Source: Eukaryota sp. GEM-RC1
Taxonomy: Eukaryota
Direction of reading: 5' to 3'
Assembly (NCBI GenBank): GCA_040285855.1
Contig: JAUFOQ010000001.1
Coordinates: forward strand, 248,001 to 312,000
DNA: 64,000 nucleotides
Both the position numbers and the translations under genes were made by a program. The notes below the pieces were generated by a model. That model was given only the letters and a program-made list of their open reading frames with translations, was not told the DNA's origin and searched no databases. Below are positions 38,363 to 52,766 of the stretch, in pieces (the stretch's first letter is position 1; every line of letters begins with the position of its first letter).

Positions 38363-41039
38363 CAGGCTTCACTAAAGTAGTCCAAAATTCCAAATTAAAG
38401 TAAAGTAAAGTACTTTACTTTACTTTAGGCTTTACTTTACTTTAACAAATAAAGTTACTTTAAGGACATTAAAGTTGGATCCGATCTCAACTCCTCTCCT
38501 ATACATTCTCTCCTGGAAATTGAAAATAGATTTCCATGACATTCCTTCCTTCCGAAGAATGGAAGTCAGTATGTGAAGTTGTTGAGGTGTTGGGTAAAAC
38601 ATGTGCCCGCATACATTGCAAACTGTGTGACCAAAACTATTCAGTCAATAGATGGGCTATGGAGGGACACTACATCCCGAATCGTCTTCCTAAACGACCA
38701 ATAAAACTGTGCTCCGCTCTTTCTATTCCTCAAAACAAAGTATTGGTGGGTGCTCTGGAATCATATCTAGCGACTCATTCGCGAAAGCGCCGAACCACTA
38801 CAAAGCAATCTTCTTCCTCTGTTAAACGAGCCGCTTTGCCTACATTGTTATCACCCGACGACCCTCCAAATGATGTAGTACACGTATTCGCAGATGGTAC
38901 GCTCCCCAGTGCTTCTTCTCCCATCTTTTCCCCCCATTCTTCCCCTAACTCCCCACTTCTTTATACTACTTCCACATCCTCTGCCGCGGACATCGCCAAT
39001 TCAACGGTTTCAGTAACGGAAGCTGCTCTTACACCGTCATCACAGCCCGCTGTCACTATTTCTAAAAAAAAGTAAGAAGAATCTAAAGCAGTTGTCCTTG
39101 TTTGCCTCACAAAAACGTTATAATTGTAGTAGACTGGACAAGCTTACTGCCGTATATGCCCTGAGTGAAGGGATGCCATTGACAAAAGTCTCATCTGGAA
39201 CTTTTCTTCAACATATTATTGACAACTGTATTGACCATTATAGAAAATTTGAAGAAGTTTATCAACTGCCCTCATACACGAAACTTTCGGATAGTGTAGC
39301 TCCTGCAGTGGTCTGCCAAATTAAAAGTGACGTAAAAAAACGGATTCAGTCTGAAAATGTGAAAGGCTTTGCATTGGTTGTAGATGGTTCTGAGGTTAAT
39401 CACAATTCATTGATAAATTTTTGTTTAGTTTCTGCAAACGAAAGTATTTTTTTCAAGACCATTGAAGTCAATGATGAACGAAAAACAGAACTATTTTTGA
39501 CTGACCAGTTTTCCAAAATTATTGAAGAAGTTGGTGAGAATCAAGTGAATATTGTAATTTCTGATGGTGCATCAAACTATCTTAATGCAGCAATGAATCA
39601 AAAAAATAAGTTCAAGCACGTACGTGGAATTCGATGTGCTATTCATGCGTTAAATTCTTTTCTGAAAGACATCTGCTGTCAAGAATCTTGTCACAATCTA
39701 CCGTCAATCGTGACTCTTTTACAAAAAGCCACAACGGTGAGTCAATTTGTTTTAGACAAACCATTTATTCGAAAGTTGATGAAGAAGCTGGGATCTCCCA
39801 AAAAGTTAAAAAGAATAGCAATGACCAGGTTCTACACGCATTTTTTGGTCATGGAACGTCTTTTGGAGTTGTATACTCAAATTAACAACACACTAACCCA
39901 CGCAGAGTACACACAATGGATCAACCACAGTCAGCAGCGCCACTTAAGAAGTAAATCATCAGAAGTGAAACAAATCGTGGCTGATGATGAGTACTGGATG
40001 CATGTTAAAGAATTCATTGACTTTTTGAGGCCCATCATCAATTTGATGTTGAAATTGGACAGCTTAACACCCATTATGGGAAAATTGTGCCGATATCTGG
40101 AAATTGAACGTCAACGACAGGAAATCATTAATTTATCTTTCATTTCAGAAGGAGAGAAAATTTTGTTAAGACAACGCTTTGAATTTCGAACTTATCAAAT
40201 CGTTAGCGATTTCCACCAAGCAGCATTTTGCTTAGACCCTGAGTATAGACCAATCATCACAAAGAGGAATTATTTGGAGCATCGAAATGCGTTATACAAA
40301 TTATTTGAAGACCTCTACGGTTTGGATAAAAAACCAGAACTGATGCACCAGTGGTCAATGTACATTTCTGGGATGGAAGAATTTGAACACAAGGAAGTGT
40401 TTCTCACGGCTTCTAAAATGGCTGCACACGATTGGTGGATTGCATACGGAGGACAAACTGAATTGGCAAAATTAGCCGTCAGACTGCTTAGTATGGTTTC
40501 TTCAAATTCGGAAGCAGAACGGAACTGGTCAGATTTCAAAGTGATTTGTACGAAAGAAAGAGGAAGAATGAGCAGTCAACGAGCCAATGACTGTGTGTTA
40601 GTGAAACACCATGTCAGAGGGGGAAGAGCTCCTTCAAGAAAGTTCTTCGACTGGCAACCAGCAGAGGAAGTGGTCTATGTCTTTGAGGATGATGACCTAG
40701 AAGTGTCCGATGAAGATCTAGAAGAGAATGAAGAAGATGTGGTCCAAGTTGAAGAAGTGAACCCAGATGGAGAAGTGGTCCAAGTTGATCCATAGTGAAA
40801 ATGATATTTTCTTAAGCGCTCACCCGCTTTCCATTAAGAATTGTAGTTTTTGGTGAGTTTCTACAATAAAACATGTATAATAGTGTACTTTTGGTGTCAC
40901 AGAGTTATTTACTGTGCTCAAAAAGCAAAATAAACAAGATTGAGGTTTGTCACTTTACCGTTCCAAATTTTAAAGTAAAGTAAAGTAAAGTAAAGTAAAG
41001 TAAAGTCACTTTATCACTTTACTACTTTAGTGAAGCCTG
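38363..41039 (+). mobile_element. Near-intact autonomous-type hAT DNA transposon (2677 bp)
   Basis: 19-bp perfect TIRs caggcttcactaaagtagt / actactttagtgaagcctg; subterminal (taaag)n arrays; the TSD is only partial (cagggc shared). Confidence 0.93.
38536..40795 (+). CDS. hAT transposase (BED-like zinc finger, DUF659-type core, dimerisation domain), ~750 aa, frameshift in the A8 run at 39064-39071
   Basis: W...CKLC...H...C; VDGS, SDGASN, CAIH, TRF, WW, SNSEAERNWS; acidic tail. Confidence 0.9.
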
Positions 41040-42368
41040 GTTGCAGGGCTCCTCATAAATAAATATAGTTTCTATTCATTAATATCTATATTTATTTTTG
41101 ACACTTTTCCACGATCATACAAGTAAAACAATATATAAATAAAATATATATAATATGCTGCAAAGTAAACTTCATTGATCTTTATACTACATGAGTTGAT
41201 TTAGTACTCAAGGTTGTTGATTGACTTGAGACATGTTGTGTGAACATATTCAAGCTCAGCCAAGAATCAAAGTCTAGTCATTTTCCCTCAAACTTTGCCA
41301 TTTCCATGTCGAACCTAACCGATGCAGTTGAGCCTTTACCTGTGTTCGAAGCCAATCCAACGACTATAACCGGGAGTGAACGGTTCTCATAGTCGTTCAA
41401 GATGCTGATTATTGAACTTATGTGTTATTGAAGATCCACAGATGTCTATGGAATAACGACACAGTCAGAGCAATTATACGAAGCAGAAAGTCAACTCACC
41501 TTTTTCGACAAGAAAGGGATGAACAAATAGATTGTGTATTCATCGATAGTGACTCAGATTAGATGTACTATTACAATAATTTGTTTGTATTTGGGTTTTA
41601 TTTTGTCTTAATTATATTTATTTCACATTTATTTTTGGCACTTTTGGATGTTCAAATTATTTTTAAATTATCTAATGAGAGAACGTGCAAATATTAGTAC
41701 TCAATATCAGTAAAGCAACAATCGTTGCCAATAAAACTCACATCAGCTGTTTCTTCATAAAAAATACTGAGAGGTAATCAATGTGCGCAAATCTTTGGTA
41801 CGTCCCGATCTACAGTCTTTTATCCGTACCGATGTCATTTGATCTCGTTAAAAGCCTATTTATGAATAATCTAAAAGGATGTAAAAATACTATCTTTTCA
41901 GTGGAGGTTCATTCACTAGTCATACACAGTACTAGTGCAAATTGTTACTGCATCTTCTGACCGTTTAGAAATCCAATCTGTGGCTTTTTGGCACTGTATC
42001 TTTGTCATATTACGTCGTAGTCACTCGTTAAATGCTCTGTAATTCGAAGATGCTACTACTATTGTTGATTTCGAGCGATTGCTGAGCTTCGTAAGTAGAA
42101 ATGTCATTTTGGGGAAGTTGTGGTCACCAAATGACGTACCCTAATTATGAATATGTGTGACAATCACGACATTGATATTCTGAGCGATGTTTAACGGTTA
42201 GAATTGATGACGATGGTAGCTGTTAAAGTCTGACATTCGATCATCATGCTAAAAATAGTAATAATTTATTTTAGTCGGTGAAAAGTACAGTGCCGGTACT
42301 TGCAACGCACGTACGGTACGGTACGTCTAAAATCCCCGCGGTACGTAACATTTGCGTTCCATGTTATA

Positions 42369-43312
42369 CAGTCAACCCTGTCTATAGCGTAACCCTCTAT
42401 ATAGCGTAAAACTCTTTATAATGTTAGTTTTTTCACCGACACGACATTTTTTCTGGAACGACAATCTGTTTGTCTCTGTTACGAGTGTAGAATGAAGTGA
42501 TAAAGTATTTAGTAGAAGCTAAACAGTCAATTCTATTCATCATATCCAACATCTTGCTGATGCTTTGGCAGCCTTTGTCTCACATCATTGTTCTGGTGTA
42601 GTTTCTCATCTTCCTTCAAGGTCTACATCGCCTTACGAAGCAACCTAAGTTCACACGTAGAAAACCTTCTTCAACATCTACATTTCTGTTAATATAGACA
42701 TCTCTTGTGAATAGAGTCAAGAGAGTAAAGATACAACGTCGAAGGCGCACCATCCTCAAAACGAAGGTGTTTAGATCTATCACCTTCTCAAACTCGAAAG
42801 ACGTTTTCCCTTGTTTCGTCATCCCCACTCTGCTGAACCAATACTATAACCTTAAGATACGAAGACGAAGTGTTTCTCATGTTGTAAGAACAAATACCAA
42901 CGTAGAAACCACAAAATGTGTACTATGTGACATAGGTATCCCACCTACATACAGAAGAAGACGGTAAGGGTGGATCGAACATAGATCATGATGTGAAGAC
43001 ATCATCATTCAACCTTCCTCCCATATACAAATATGGTTTATGTAAAGTTATCATCAGTTGAACTCTTCGTTCAATTTCATTGGTCAAAATTTGGCATCAC
43101 CACATTTTGGCATTGACCGCTGATCTCATCATTGACATGGTTGTTGCATCTACTTTGGCGATGAACGAATGGCCCACTCGTAGTTCTCTTCATTTGCTTT
43201 GTATATAAAGACTCAACTCAATTTGTAGAACTGCACAAGGTGTTCATTGGATATGGCGTAAAACTGGTTCTACTGTAAGGACATATAGTGACGCTATAGA
43301 CAGGGTTGACTG
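42369..43312. mobile_element. Non-autonomous Tc1/mariner-pogo-like element (944 bp); the copy at 51664-~52435 lacks the right end
   Basis: 22-bp perfect TIR cagtcaaccctgtctatagcgt; TA on both flanks. Confidence 0.9.
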
Positions 43313-44015
43313 TATTGTTATGTGATACCAGTATGTTTCAATAAGATAACAATAAATAAATTTATAGATATTGTATTCATGTTTCGTTGTTTCGTACATC
43401 CCTTCCAAAAATGTTCAGAATACACAATTGCACTATTGATACCTCTGCTATCGTCATTCTTATTACTTCTAGTAAGAAAATACTATTTAAGATGTCCAAC
43501 AATGCGAAGAGAAGGAAAGGGCCGTACACAGGACATTTTAATAAAATGAGTTGTGTTTCATTTATTTAATTGAATTTTAATTATAATTCATTTTTTGGAT
43601 TTTTTGGATTTTTGAAAATGTTTAAAAATAAATTGACAGATACTCTGGTTAACAGTCGTAACAGTCGAAATTGATCTTTCAAGTGTGAGAAGAAGACACT
43701 GAACATGAATAGGAAAGAATGGAGCATACTAGAACCAGTTGTGCCACTTCATCGGATTGTGATTTGTCCAATATCCCTGCAGTTTCTTGTCAGGTTGAAC
43801 GCCTATTCTTTTCCACATCATCAATCTGTTCAGAAAGGTTTTCACTGTCCTCCAAAATGCTGAATGTAGCGCTGATGTTGAAGATAAACAACAATCTGTG
43901 GAACACGAAAACTGCTAGACCCTCCAAATAAATGTGAAACAGGGGTTTTCAGCACGAATAAATTGCCAGTTGATTACTATAACGTTTATATACAATTAAA
44001 ATACTTGTGAGATGT

Positions 44016-44815
44016 TCAAGTTGAAACATCAAATTCCTGAATGACACACAAAAGACAATCTTGATACAGAAGATCATCAAAGTTTGAACCACCAAGATTA
44101 GCATCGCCATCGGTGTCAATTACAACATGGGACTGTTGTTCACCAGCTTTGATTATCGTAATGTCAAAAGTACCTCCACCAAGATCAAAAACAAGAAAGA
44201 GTTTGCCAATAATATCTATGTCTGGATTAGCGTGAAAATAAGCCAAAGCAGCAGCAATCGGTTCTTCCAAAACTCTGATAACATTGAGCCCAGCAAGATC
44301 GCCAGCTGCCTGACGTGTAGCGAGTTTTTGACTGTCATTGAAGTAAGCTGGTACAGTTACAACAGTATCAATTTGACCCGGGTCAAGACCAAACTGGTTT
44401 TGGGCATAAGTTTTGATTCTCTTTAGAATTTCAGCACTCAGACTTTGAGGAGTAAACAACTCATTATTGAGATTAACAACAGCCAATTCACTGTAGGGGT
44501 CCTGTTGAACTGTGAAAGGAAAGCTCCTGAAGTCATTGAGATCGATTTCAGGAAAGGGGCGTCCTATCAACCGTTTAAACTCTCGAGCTACAGTGGGTGC
44601 TCGTCTTGGAAGATCGTCAATAATTGTCAAAGCTGGTGCACCACAAATTAGCCCCCTTTCAGTACAAGCTACGGCGGATGGCATGGTGAGCTGATTTTGC
44701 TAGAATACAAGAACAGGTCTTGAGTTAGATCAAAAATGTGCACATACATTTCATTATGCCCGCATAGGAAACCACAACTATTTGTAGTTCCTAAATCGAT
44801 ACCAAATGTGGGCAT
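44016..44815 (-). pseudogene. Truncated copy of the Hsp70-VWA gene (N-terminal part of the NBD only); intron 44719-44747
   Basis: Close paralogue of 54176-54958; lacks 1425 bp (52751-54175 in copy B); 'caa' microhomology at the junction ~44030. Confidence 0.9.
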
Positions 44816-45544
44816 TATCGCAGAAAAATGAAACTGAAGATTCCACTCCAACCCAAACACTCTCACATTTATTATTGTCTGTACCGTATCACAACCGTCC
44901 TTGTCCAAATCTGAGCTAGGCTTGGTTTAACAACTTAACTTTATGATGTTGCGGTGATTAGATGTGATTTCTAACATCTTAATCACATTGTCACATACCA
45001 CAGATTATATATCTGGGATTCTCAACTACATGACGTAGGGTTAAGCTTTATGTTCTTTCTCAAAGCCATACTGATGTAGGAAGATGACGGCTAGCTTACT
45101 ACTCCTTCTTCATTTCTATGAGACTTTACCATTGTCTTCTTTCAGCAAGGTATTGTTACTGAAATACATCGGTTCCTTCCCCTTTCTCTTTTCTTCCTCA
45201 AAAAAGCAATTCCGATCATGCTGGTTTCGTTTTGAATGTACACAGAGGCATTTGGGTCTCTAGTAAGTTTGTGCTCCATTAGAAAGCACTTGACCTGAAT
45301 AGAACACTTTCTCCCTATAAACACTTTATATGTCTGTTGTCCTGACCGGGAAAGTATGAAATGTCCGTGATATCCACATCACCTGACATATGAAAGGAAG
45401 TAGGACATCAGTGTTGAAGTTACATAATATACCCCTTCCTTTGTTTTCTACAAGTGTTTGTTGCAACAGAATTGCTTGTCAAATGATGTTTGCAAAGTTT
45501 TTGAGTGGAATGGCTTATTTCAACAAACACAAATTTAACGAAGT

Positions 45545-45955
45545 TTATACTCCACAACAACAAAATAGTCTGTGTAGCAACGAATGACGAGGAATCGGAC
45601 TGTTTATGTCCAGATCTATATCTGATATATCTTTAACTGGTGGGTCTACATCTGAGTCACTGCCATCTGCAACAGTTGGATCCACAGCAATGTTCTGTGG
45701 ACTCGCAATGTCTAATTCCAGATCAAATATATAGTCCAGGCCTAACACATACGCCAGGTCAATTCTTTCTGGATCTACAGCAACTGGTGGCTCTACATAC
45801 AACCTACCGACATTGTTCTGAGCCTGGTTCTTAAGATCCTCTCGAACATGGTCATTTTCAATAACTGAAAGGGAATTTCTGATAAATCCGTCACCCTTGA
45901 GTTGCATTTCAGCATAAAGATTGATTAGATGAGTTCCTGATTGTAGACAATAACT
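45545..45955 (-). pseudogene. 3' remnant of the CCCGV-ending gene family
   Basis: Matches 55688-56107 only; upstream it switches to unrelated sequence. Confidence 0.75.
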
Positions 45956-46029
45956 CAAAAAGGAAAGTTATTGATTTGCAATTTCTTTTCCAGTATACAC
46001 AATTAACATTTATGGACATGTACATGTAT

Positions 46030-48644
46030 CTACAAACCAAATAGAAGACTTGGCAACCTTTTAAATATTGTCCACAGACGTTCTTTACCTGTTGTTTTAG
46101 TTCGTTCTAAGTTGTCCTCAATTTTAGCTGAATCATCTGGGTTGTACACGTACAATTGAGGTAGTGAAACTCCACTTAACAGATTTGAGACTTTTGGTTG
46201 AAGTAGATGAATTAATGTAGAAATATCATCGCGATGATGAACATCATCAGGAATTACATGATATTCGTGTTCAAGAGTAGCTAGAATTCTGTTCATACCA
46301 TTTACTTCTGTTTTCTGATAGTAGTGAGACCATAGTAACAGGAAATTGAGATCGTCTTCTGAAATTAGATTCCAACTTTTTCCAGCATGAATACAGTGGA
46401 GAATTAAATTAGCTGAGGAGGTAGCTGTCTTGTTGTCACCAATAAAACGCTGCAATGCAAAATAAATGTCATTCTTGATTGCAGAAAATGTATGTGACAC
46501 CCAATGTATTCCTAACTCTCCATTAACGTTGCTGTTATGAAGATGAATGACGAAATTCCACTTTGACAGTAATTTTCTTGTTGAAAATGACCAACGAAAA
46601 CACTTTTTGGGGTCAAATTCAGAATCAATTCTTGAGCATTCCTTGATGACATCAAAGAGGGGACATATGTAGAACAAATCCTTTTCAAATCGGCAACAAG
46701 CGAGATATTCTACCATTTTGAGGAATAGTTTAAATAGCGAATTGTCATCAGTGAGATTCCGCTTTGTCAGTTCAATCAGAAACCACTCAAAACGAATTAA
46801 ATCGTTATTGATGAGAAACAGCTTTGAATAATAGAAATAGACAAGCACAGCTTCTGGCGTTTCACAAACATATTCATAATGCCTACAAAGACTATCAAGT
46901 AACAGCGTCATCGAATCTAATTGATCAGAGTGTAGAACATAAGGACTAAAATGATTGAGACCAAACTTCTGCGCCAATACTTGAACGAATTCCTGTCGAA
47001 TATTCCGACAGTCTTGACAAAACTGCTGTACATCTCCAAGAAACTGTGGCGCCAAAACTTGAACAAATTCCATTGGAACATTTTCACCCATTAATAACCT
47101 ACAGACATTTCCTAATAGCTCTGAGACAACGTTTGGATCTTCTGTATTCCTGAGCTCTTCTGCCAGCCGGCGAACAGGATCAGGTGAACGGGGAATGACG
47201 AAATTCTCTGGAATAACAGTTTCTGATGCTTGAAAAATAGCCTCCAGTGTTTCGTCTTCCAAATTAGGATTGACTTTGAATCCATCATGAAACAATTTTG
47301 TAAGTTTAATCAGAGCACCCCCAGAACAAAGCTCAAAATCGGGATTGCGTACAGGAGCGTTTCTATATAGTGCGTTGAATCGTGCTGAACAACGTGAGAG
47401 GGTTTGCCTCGATTGAGAGGTAGCTGACTCGCGGTTAGACAAGTAATTATTCAAAGAGGGATATACAGACATTGGAACTCCATGAATTCGAAGATTTTCA
47501 ATGTAGTCTCCCTGGTGGAAGTTCAATTGACCATCAGGGAGAGTACAATACAGTGCACCACCAATTTTGATACTGTCAACATCATAAACTGTAAATCTAC
47601 ACTGTGGGAATGTTGCTTCGAGTATTGCTGTTATCTCTGGAATTTGACAAAATTCTCCAGTCAGATACACATCGTTGACTTGACCAAAGCGGTTTTGAGC
47701 AACCCTTTCCAATGCATTGCTGATAAGACTAGTGAAGTCTTGAATCGAATTTAAAATAATAGTGTAGAATTGCGTGCGAGTAATTTCAAGAGCGGGAATA
47801 TTGGGCAATATTCCACTAAAGTTTTCAACATGAACATGTTCTTCTTCACCAGCGCGAAAAAAAACACGTCTAGCGGATTTGCAATGTTCAAATAGCTCAA
47901 ATTGGGCTCTACGATCGGTTAAAAAGTGTGCGTATCTTTGGACATCTCTTTCATTGATATGGTCAGTAAAATACTTGTACAGGTCGTAGTCCCATGTTTT
48001 CCCACTGAAACTAGAGATTGCTTGAAAAGAATCAGGAATGAAGGAATCCTTATTAAAAGCAACGACTCCAGTAGAAGAATAAGAAATGTTACACATTAAG
48101 TGAGTGCCAATCGGATTATCTTGATGTGGAAATGTAAAAACGGCAGACACCACTGCGGGGATGATGGCTTTGAGATCAATATCGAAATGTCCTAGAACTC
48201 TTTTGATGATGGACTTTGTAACATTAGTTTCATCGACGAAGGACGGAGTATGGGTAACAACTGCACGAATCGGATTGTCTCTAAAAGGCGGATCATTCTT
48301 CAAACGAGATATAACTCGATACAGAAGAAAGGCCACAGAAAGCGGCATTTCTAGTCCATCAAAATCTACTGAAGTGACAGAGTCTGATTTATGAGTACAC
48401 TGGGGGAAGGCAACGTCATCGCCATGAAGATAGTTAACAAATAGAGTGTCGGATGGATCTATATTCAGTGTTTCAGGCGAACGAAACAATGAAACAGAGG
48501 AAGTCTTGAAAGCATGACTTCAATAAGAAAGGAACACGGAACATACCTCAATATAAAGGAAATGGGCCCTGCACCTCTGCCCCCGACATTCTTTACCACT
48601 CGCAGCGAGTTATGAGAAACATCGATTCCAATGTTAATGACCAT
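46030..48644 (-). CDS. Highly divergent Hsp70/actin-fold NBD fused to a helical C-terminal region, ~860 aa; intron 48518-48546
   Basis: Spliced N-terminus MVINIGIDVSH; VVTHTPSF, IIPAVVSAV, FSGKTWDYDLY and VYLTGEFCQIPEI occur in Hsp70 NBD motif order; long uninterrupted ORF. Confidence 0.75.
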
Positions 48645-48752
48645 GAATATGGAAAGAAAACAATTGGTCAAGAAATTCAAGAAATTCATTTCTGGACACC
48701 AAAATGCAGGTCCACAACTCATGGACACACGGATTACAATATTGCCACATCA

Positions 48753-48902
48753 TAGAGCTGGGCATTCGACTAGACTAGTCTACTGACTACGGACTAGACT
48801 AAGCTTTTAGTCTAAATCTTAGTCTACTCACTTAGTCTTAGTCTAGTCGGTATTCAGTTGTTGTAGTCTTAGTCTAGTCTAGTCAGTCTGTGCCCAGCTC
48901 CA
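48753..48902. mobile_element. hAT-type MITE (150 bp), specific to copy B
   Basis: TIR tagagctgggca / tgcccagctcca; TSD ccacatca/ccacagca; (gacta)n/(tagtc)n subterminal repeats; empty site ccacagcg at ~34722. Confidence 0.88.
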
Positions 48903-51900
48903 CCACAGCATGTGTTTGCGTTTGACGTTTTTGCTGTATGTGTTTTTATACATGTATTGTAACTCAAAAAGCCAAAAGTTCATCTCTAAAATTGCAAATT
49001 AAATCGAACCAGCAATGAAAAAATTTTCTTAGTTATCTTATTGTTTTTCTGACATTCAACAATAAATACAGTTTTCAATTTAATATCATATCGTATTTAT
49101 TGTCTTGAGTCAATCAACAACAACAAAAATATTTGTAATAACTACAGTTTGTAATCACTAAGAACAAGAATTTGATCAACTGTGGTCTGATTGATTGACG
49201 TGTGAACAATCTTTATTAAAATTTACTGGTAGATGATGGATCCCCAGATCAAAATTGTACAACCAATACAGTTACTTTTCTAACGCTTTGATCTCAGATT
49301 TTGTTTAGTGTTTCTTAAAGTCCTCATCAGCTCTCTTGATAAGCATCCCATCTTCATTTCTAGTTGCAGGTATCCAACATAAATCTATATATTATCAGTC
49401 TTGATTAGTTCGCTGCTGATTAAGTTTCTTCTATCTTTTGTTTAAGCCACCGTGACTACTTGGTTTGCTGTTACCTTGGAGTTCAAATGCTGCAACACAA
49501 TTCAACTTTATTCTAAATTAACGTCACGATTAAATCAGGTTACAGAAAGGAAAAGAATGTTCTTGACTTATCTTATCTTTTTGAAATATATCTTACATTG
49601 TTGAGTTTTCTAGATAAATATACATCAATGTGCGCAAATCTTTGGTACGTACCCTACGTACGGTTGAATTGTATGGTAAATAGAAGTAGTTTTAAAAGGT
49701 TACTGATCATGAGACTTGCTCAAATGTCACTGCTATTGCATCCTGGCCACGTCATCAATCAAATTTGATTGTTTTCTCCACCAGTAATAGATTGTTACAC
49801 CTTTTTGATCTCAACTCTCAACAAATCATTTCAACTTTTGATTCCAATCACACTCGAAATATTTGTAACATTTCAAATAATGATGGCTTTGGCAGCCACT
49901 CATCATCTTCATACACCGTCTTTGCCACTGCTTCGCAGACTCCACGGTCAGACTTTTTGATACCAGAACTTCTACTTGTTCAATGTTTTCATCAGATCAC
50001 TCCTCAAAACTAGGGTCACCTCAAGTTTCAATTGACAACAATTTTAAATATTTGGCCCTTGGTGGAGATTCCTTTTCTACAATGTATGATTTATGATGTT
50101 TAAAACCTATTTCTTTAATTAAACAACCATCATATATTACAAGTGGTTATATGTTTTTACATTCTACAGATTTTTTGTTCTTTCAATTCAAATGGTGTTG
50201 GAGTATTCAGTTATAAATCAAAATACTAACATTTTTAATACAGTTTTACAAGAAACAATTAACTATCTGAACTAATGATTTAATCATCTTTTACTTTCAT
50301 ATACAGCAAGTATTGTTGATCATCAACAAGCAGAATATTTGCTGGTTTCAGATCACCATGAACTACTGACTTTAGGTGGAGGAACTTAACAGCTTGGCAT
50401 AGCTCCTTGGCGTATCTCAAAGTTGATGACGTGAAAGAGTTAGGGGAGGAAAGAAGAAGCTCTTTCCATTACAGGACCAATAGAATCTTGGAAGAAGAAG
50501 ATTCCAAAGACACGAAGTATGGACTGATGATTGAGGTTGATGAGGAGATTCAGGTCTTGTTGAAGTTTGAGCTTTCCTTTCTCAGTTAGAGACACCATTT
50601 TGACGGCCACGGGGAGATCGAATCATTTAGCAGAGTATACAACAACGAAACCTCCTTTCGCAATCCTTTCTCCAAGAACGATCTGGGTGGAATTTGGGGG
50701 CAGAGATCGCCATTACGGGAAGCTTGTACAAGATCCTGCAATGTAAAGTTCACCTTTCTCTCTTCCGAGCAGTGACTAGCACAAAGAGGACATCTATTCA
50801 GTTGCGCTGAACAATGAGAGCAAGCAGTGTGACCTTCGATAGATAAGAAGGGGAAAGTGGTCGGAGAGATTGAAAGATAGATGCAGACTTTAAGAACTTC
50901 TTTTTTAGAAGTGTATTCAATTGGAACGAATACTTCTTTTAAATACAATTTCATTTTTTATGGAACAAAAACACTAAGATAAACATAAATACTAGAATTC
51001 AATATCAGTAAAGCAATCATTGCCATTAAAACTCACATCAGCTGTTTCTTCATAAAAAATACTGAGAGGTAATCAATGTGCGCAAATTTTTAGTACGTCC
51101 CGATCTACAGTCTTTTATCCGTACCGATGTCATTTGATCTCGTTAAAAGCCTATTTATGAATAATCTAAAAGGATGTAAAAATACTATCTTTTCAGTGGA
51201 GGTTCATTCACTAGTCATACACAGTACTAGTGCAAATTGTTACTGCATCTTCTGACCGTTTAGAAATCCAATCTGTGGCTTTTTGGCACTGTATCTTTGT
51301 CATATTACGTCGTAGTCACTCGTTAAATGCTCTGTAATTCGAAGATGCTACTACTATTGTTGATTTCGAGCGATTGCTGAGCTTCGTAAGTAGAAATGTC
51401 ATTTTGGGGAAGTTGTGGTCACCAAATGACGTACCCTAATTATGAATATGTGTGACAATCACGATATTGATATTCTGAGCGATGTTTAACGGTTAGAATT
51501 GATGACGATGGTAGCTGTTAAAGTCTGACATTCGATCATCATGCTAAAAATAGTAATAATTTATGTTAGTCGGTGAAAAGTACAGTGCCGGTACTTGCAA
51601 CGCACGTACGGTACGGTACGTCTAAAATCCCCGCGGTACGGAACATTTGCGTTCCATGTTATACAGTCAACCCTGTCTATAGCGTAACCCTCTATATAGC
51701 GTAAAACTCTTTATAATGTTAGTTTTTTCACCGACACGACATTTTTTCTGGAACGACAATCTGTTTGTCTCTGTTACGAGTGTAGAATGAAGTGATAAAG
51801 TATTTAGTAGAAGCTAAACAGTCAATTCTATTCATCATATCCAACATCTTGCTGATGCTTTGGCAGCCTTTGTCTCACATCATTGTTCTGGTGTAGTTTC

Positions 51901-52766
51901 TCATCTTCCTTCAAGGTCTACATCGCCTTACGAAGCAACCTAAGTTCACACGTAGAAAACCTTCTTCAACATCTACATTTCTGTTAATATAGACATCTCT
52001 TGTGAATAGAGTCAAGAGAGTAAAGATACAACGTCGAAGGCGCACCATCCTCAAAACGAAGGTGTTTAGATCTATCACCTTCTCAAACTCGAAAGACGTT
52101 TTCCCTTGTTTCGTCATCCCCACTCTGCTGAACCAATACTATAACCTTAAGATACGAAGACGAAGTGTTTCTCATGTTGTAAGAACAAATACCAACGTAG
52201 AAACCACAAAATGTGTACTATGTGACATAGGTATCCCACCTACATACAGAAGAAGACGGTAAGGGTGGATCGAACATAGATCATGATGTGAAGACATCAT
52301 CATTCAACCTTCCTCCCATATACAAATATGGTTTATGTGAAGCTACAACACATGGATGTCTTCAGTTGAACTCTTCGTTCAATTTCATTGGTCAAAATTT
52401 GACATCACATTTGGGCGTTGACCGCTGATCCCATCAATGGAGCATACTAGAACCAGTTGTGCCACTTCATCGTATTGTGATTTGTCCAATATCCCTGCAG
52501 TTTCTTGTCAGGTTGAACGCCTATTCTTTTCCTCATCATCAATCTGTTCAGAAAGGTTTTCACTGTCCTCCAAAATGCTGAATGTAGCGCTGATGTTGAA
52601 GATCAACAACAATCTGTGGAACACGAAAACTGCTAGACCCTCCAAATAAATGTGAAACAGGGGTTTTCAGAACGAATAAATTGCCAGTTGATTACTATAA
52701 CGTTTATATACAATTAAAATACTTGTGAGATGTTCAAGTTGAAACATCAAGAGTTGATACAGAACT

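Larger units (their letters stand above)
34688..45955. repeat. Segmental duplication copy A (direct repeat of 48711-56107), with copy-specific insertions and deletions
   Basis: 34688-37318 matches 48711-50976 and 41700-45955 matches 50999-56107; duplicated ORF sets appear in the ORF track. Confidence 0.95.

Noticed and set aside
39072..39091. 20-nt GT-AG intron in the hAT transposase
   Set aside because: Removing it does not restore the frame, and it is shorter than the other introns. An A-run indel explains the break.
42616..42967. Short ORFs inside the pogo-like element (also 51911-52262)
   Set aside because: No recognisable intact transposase motifs; decayed internal sequence.
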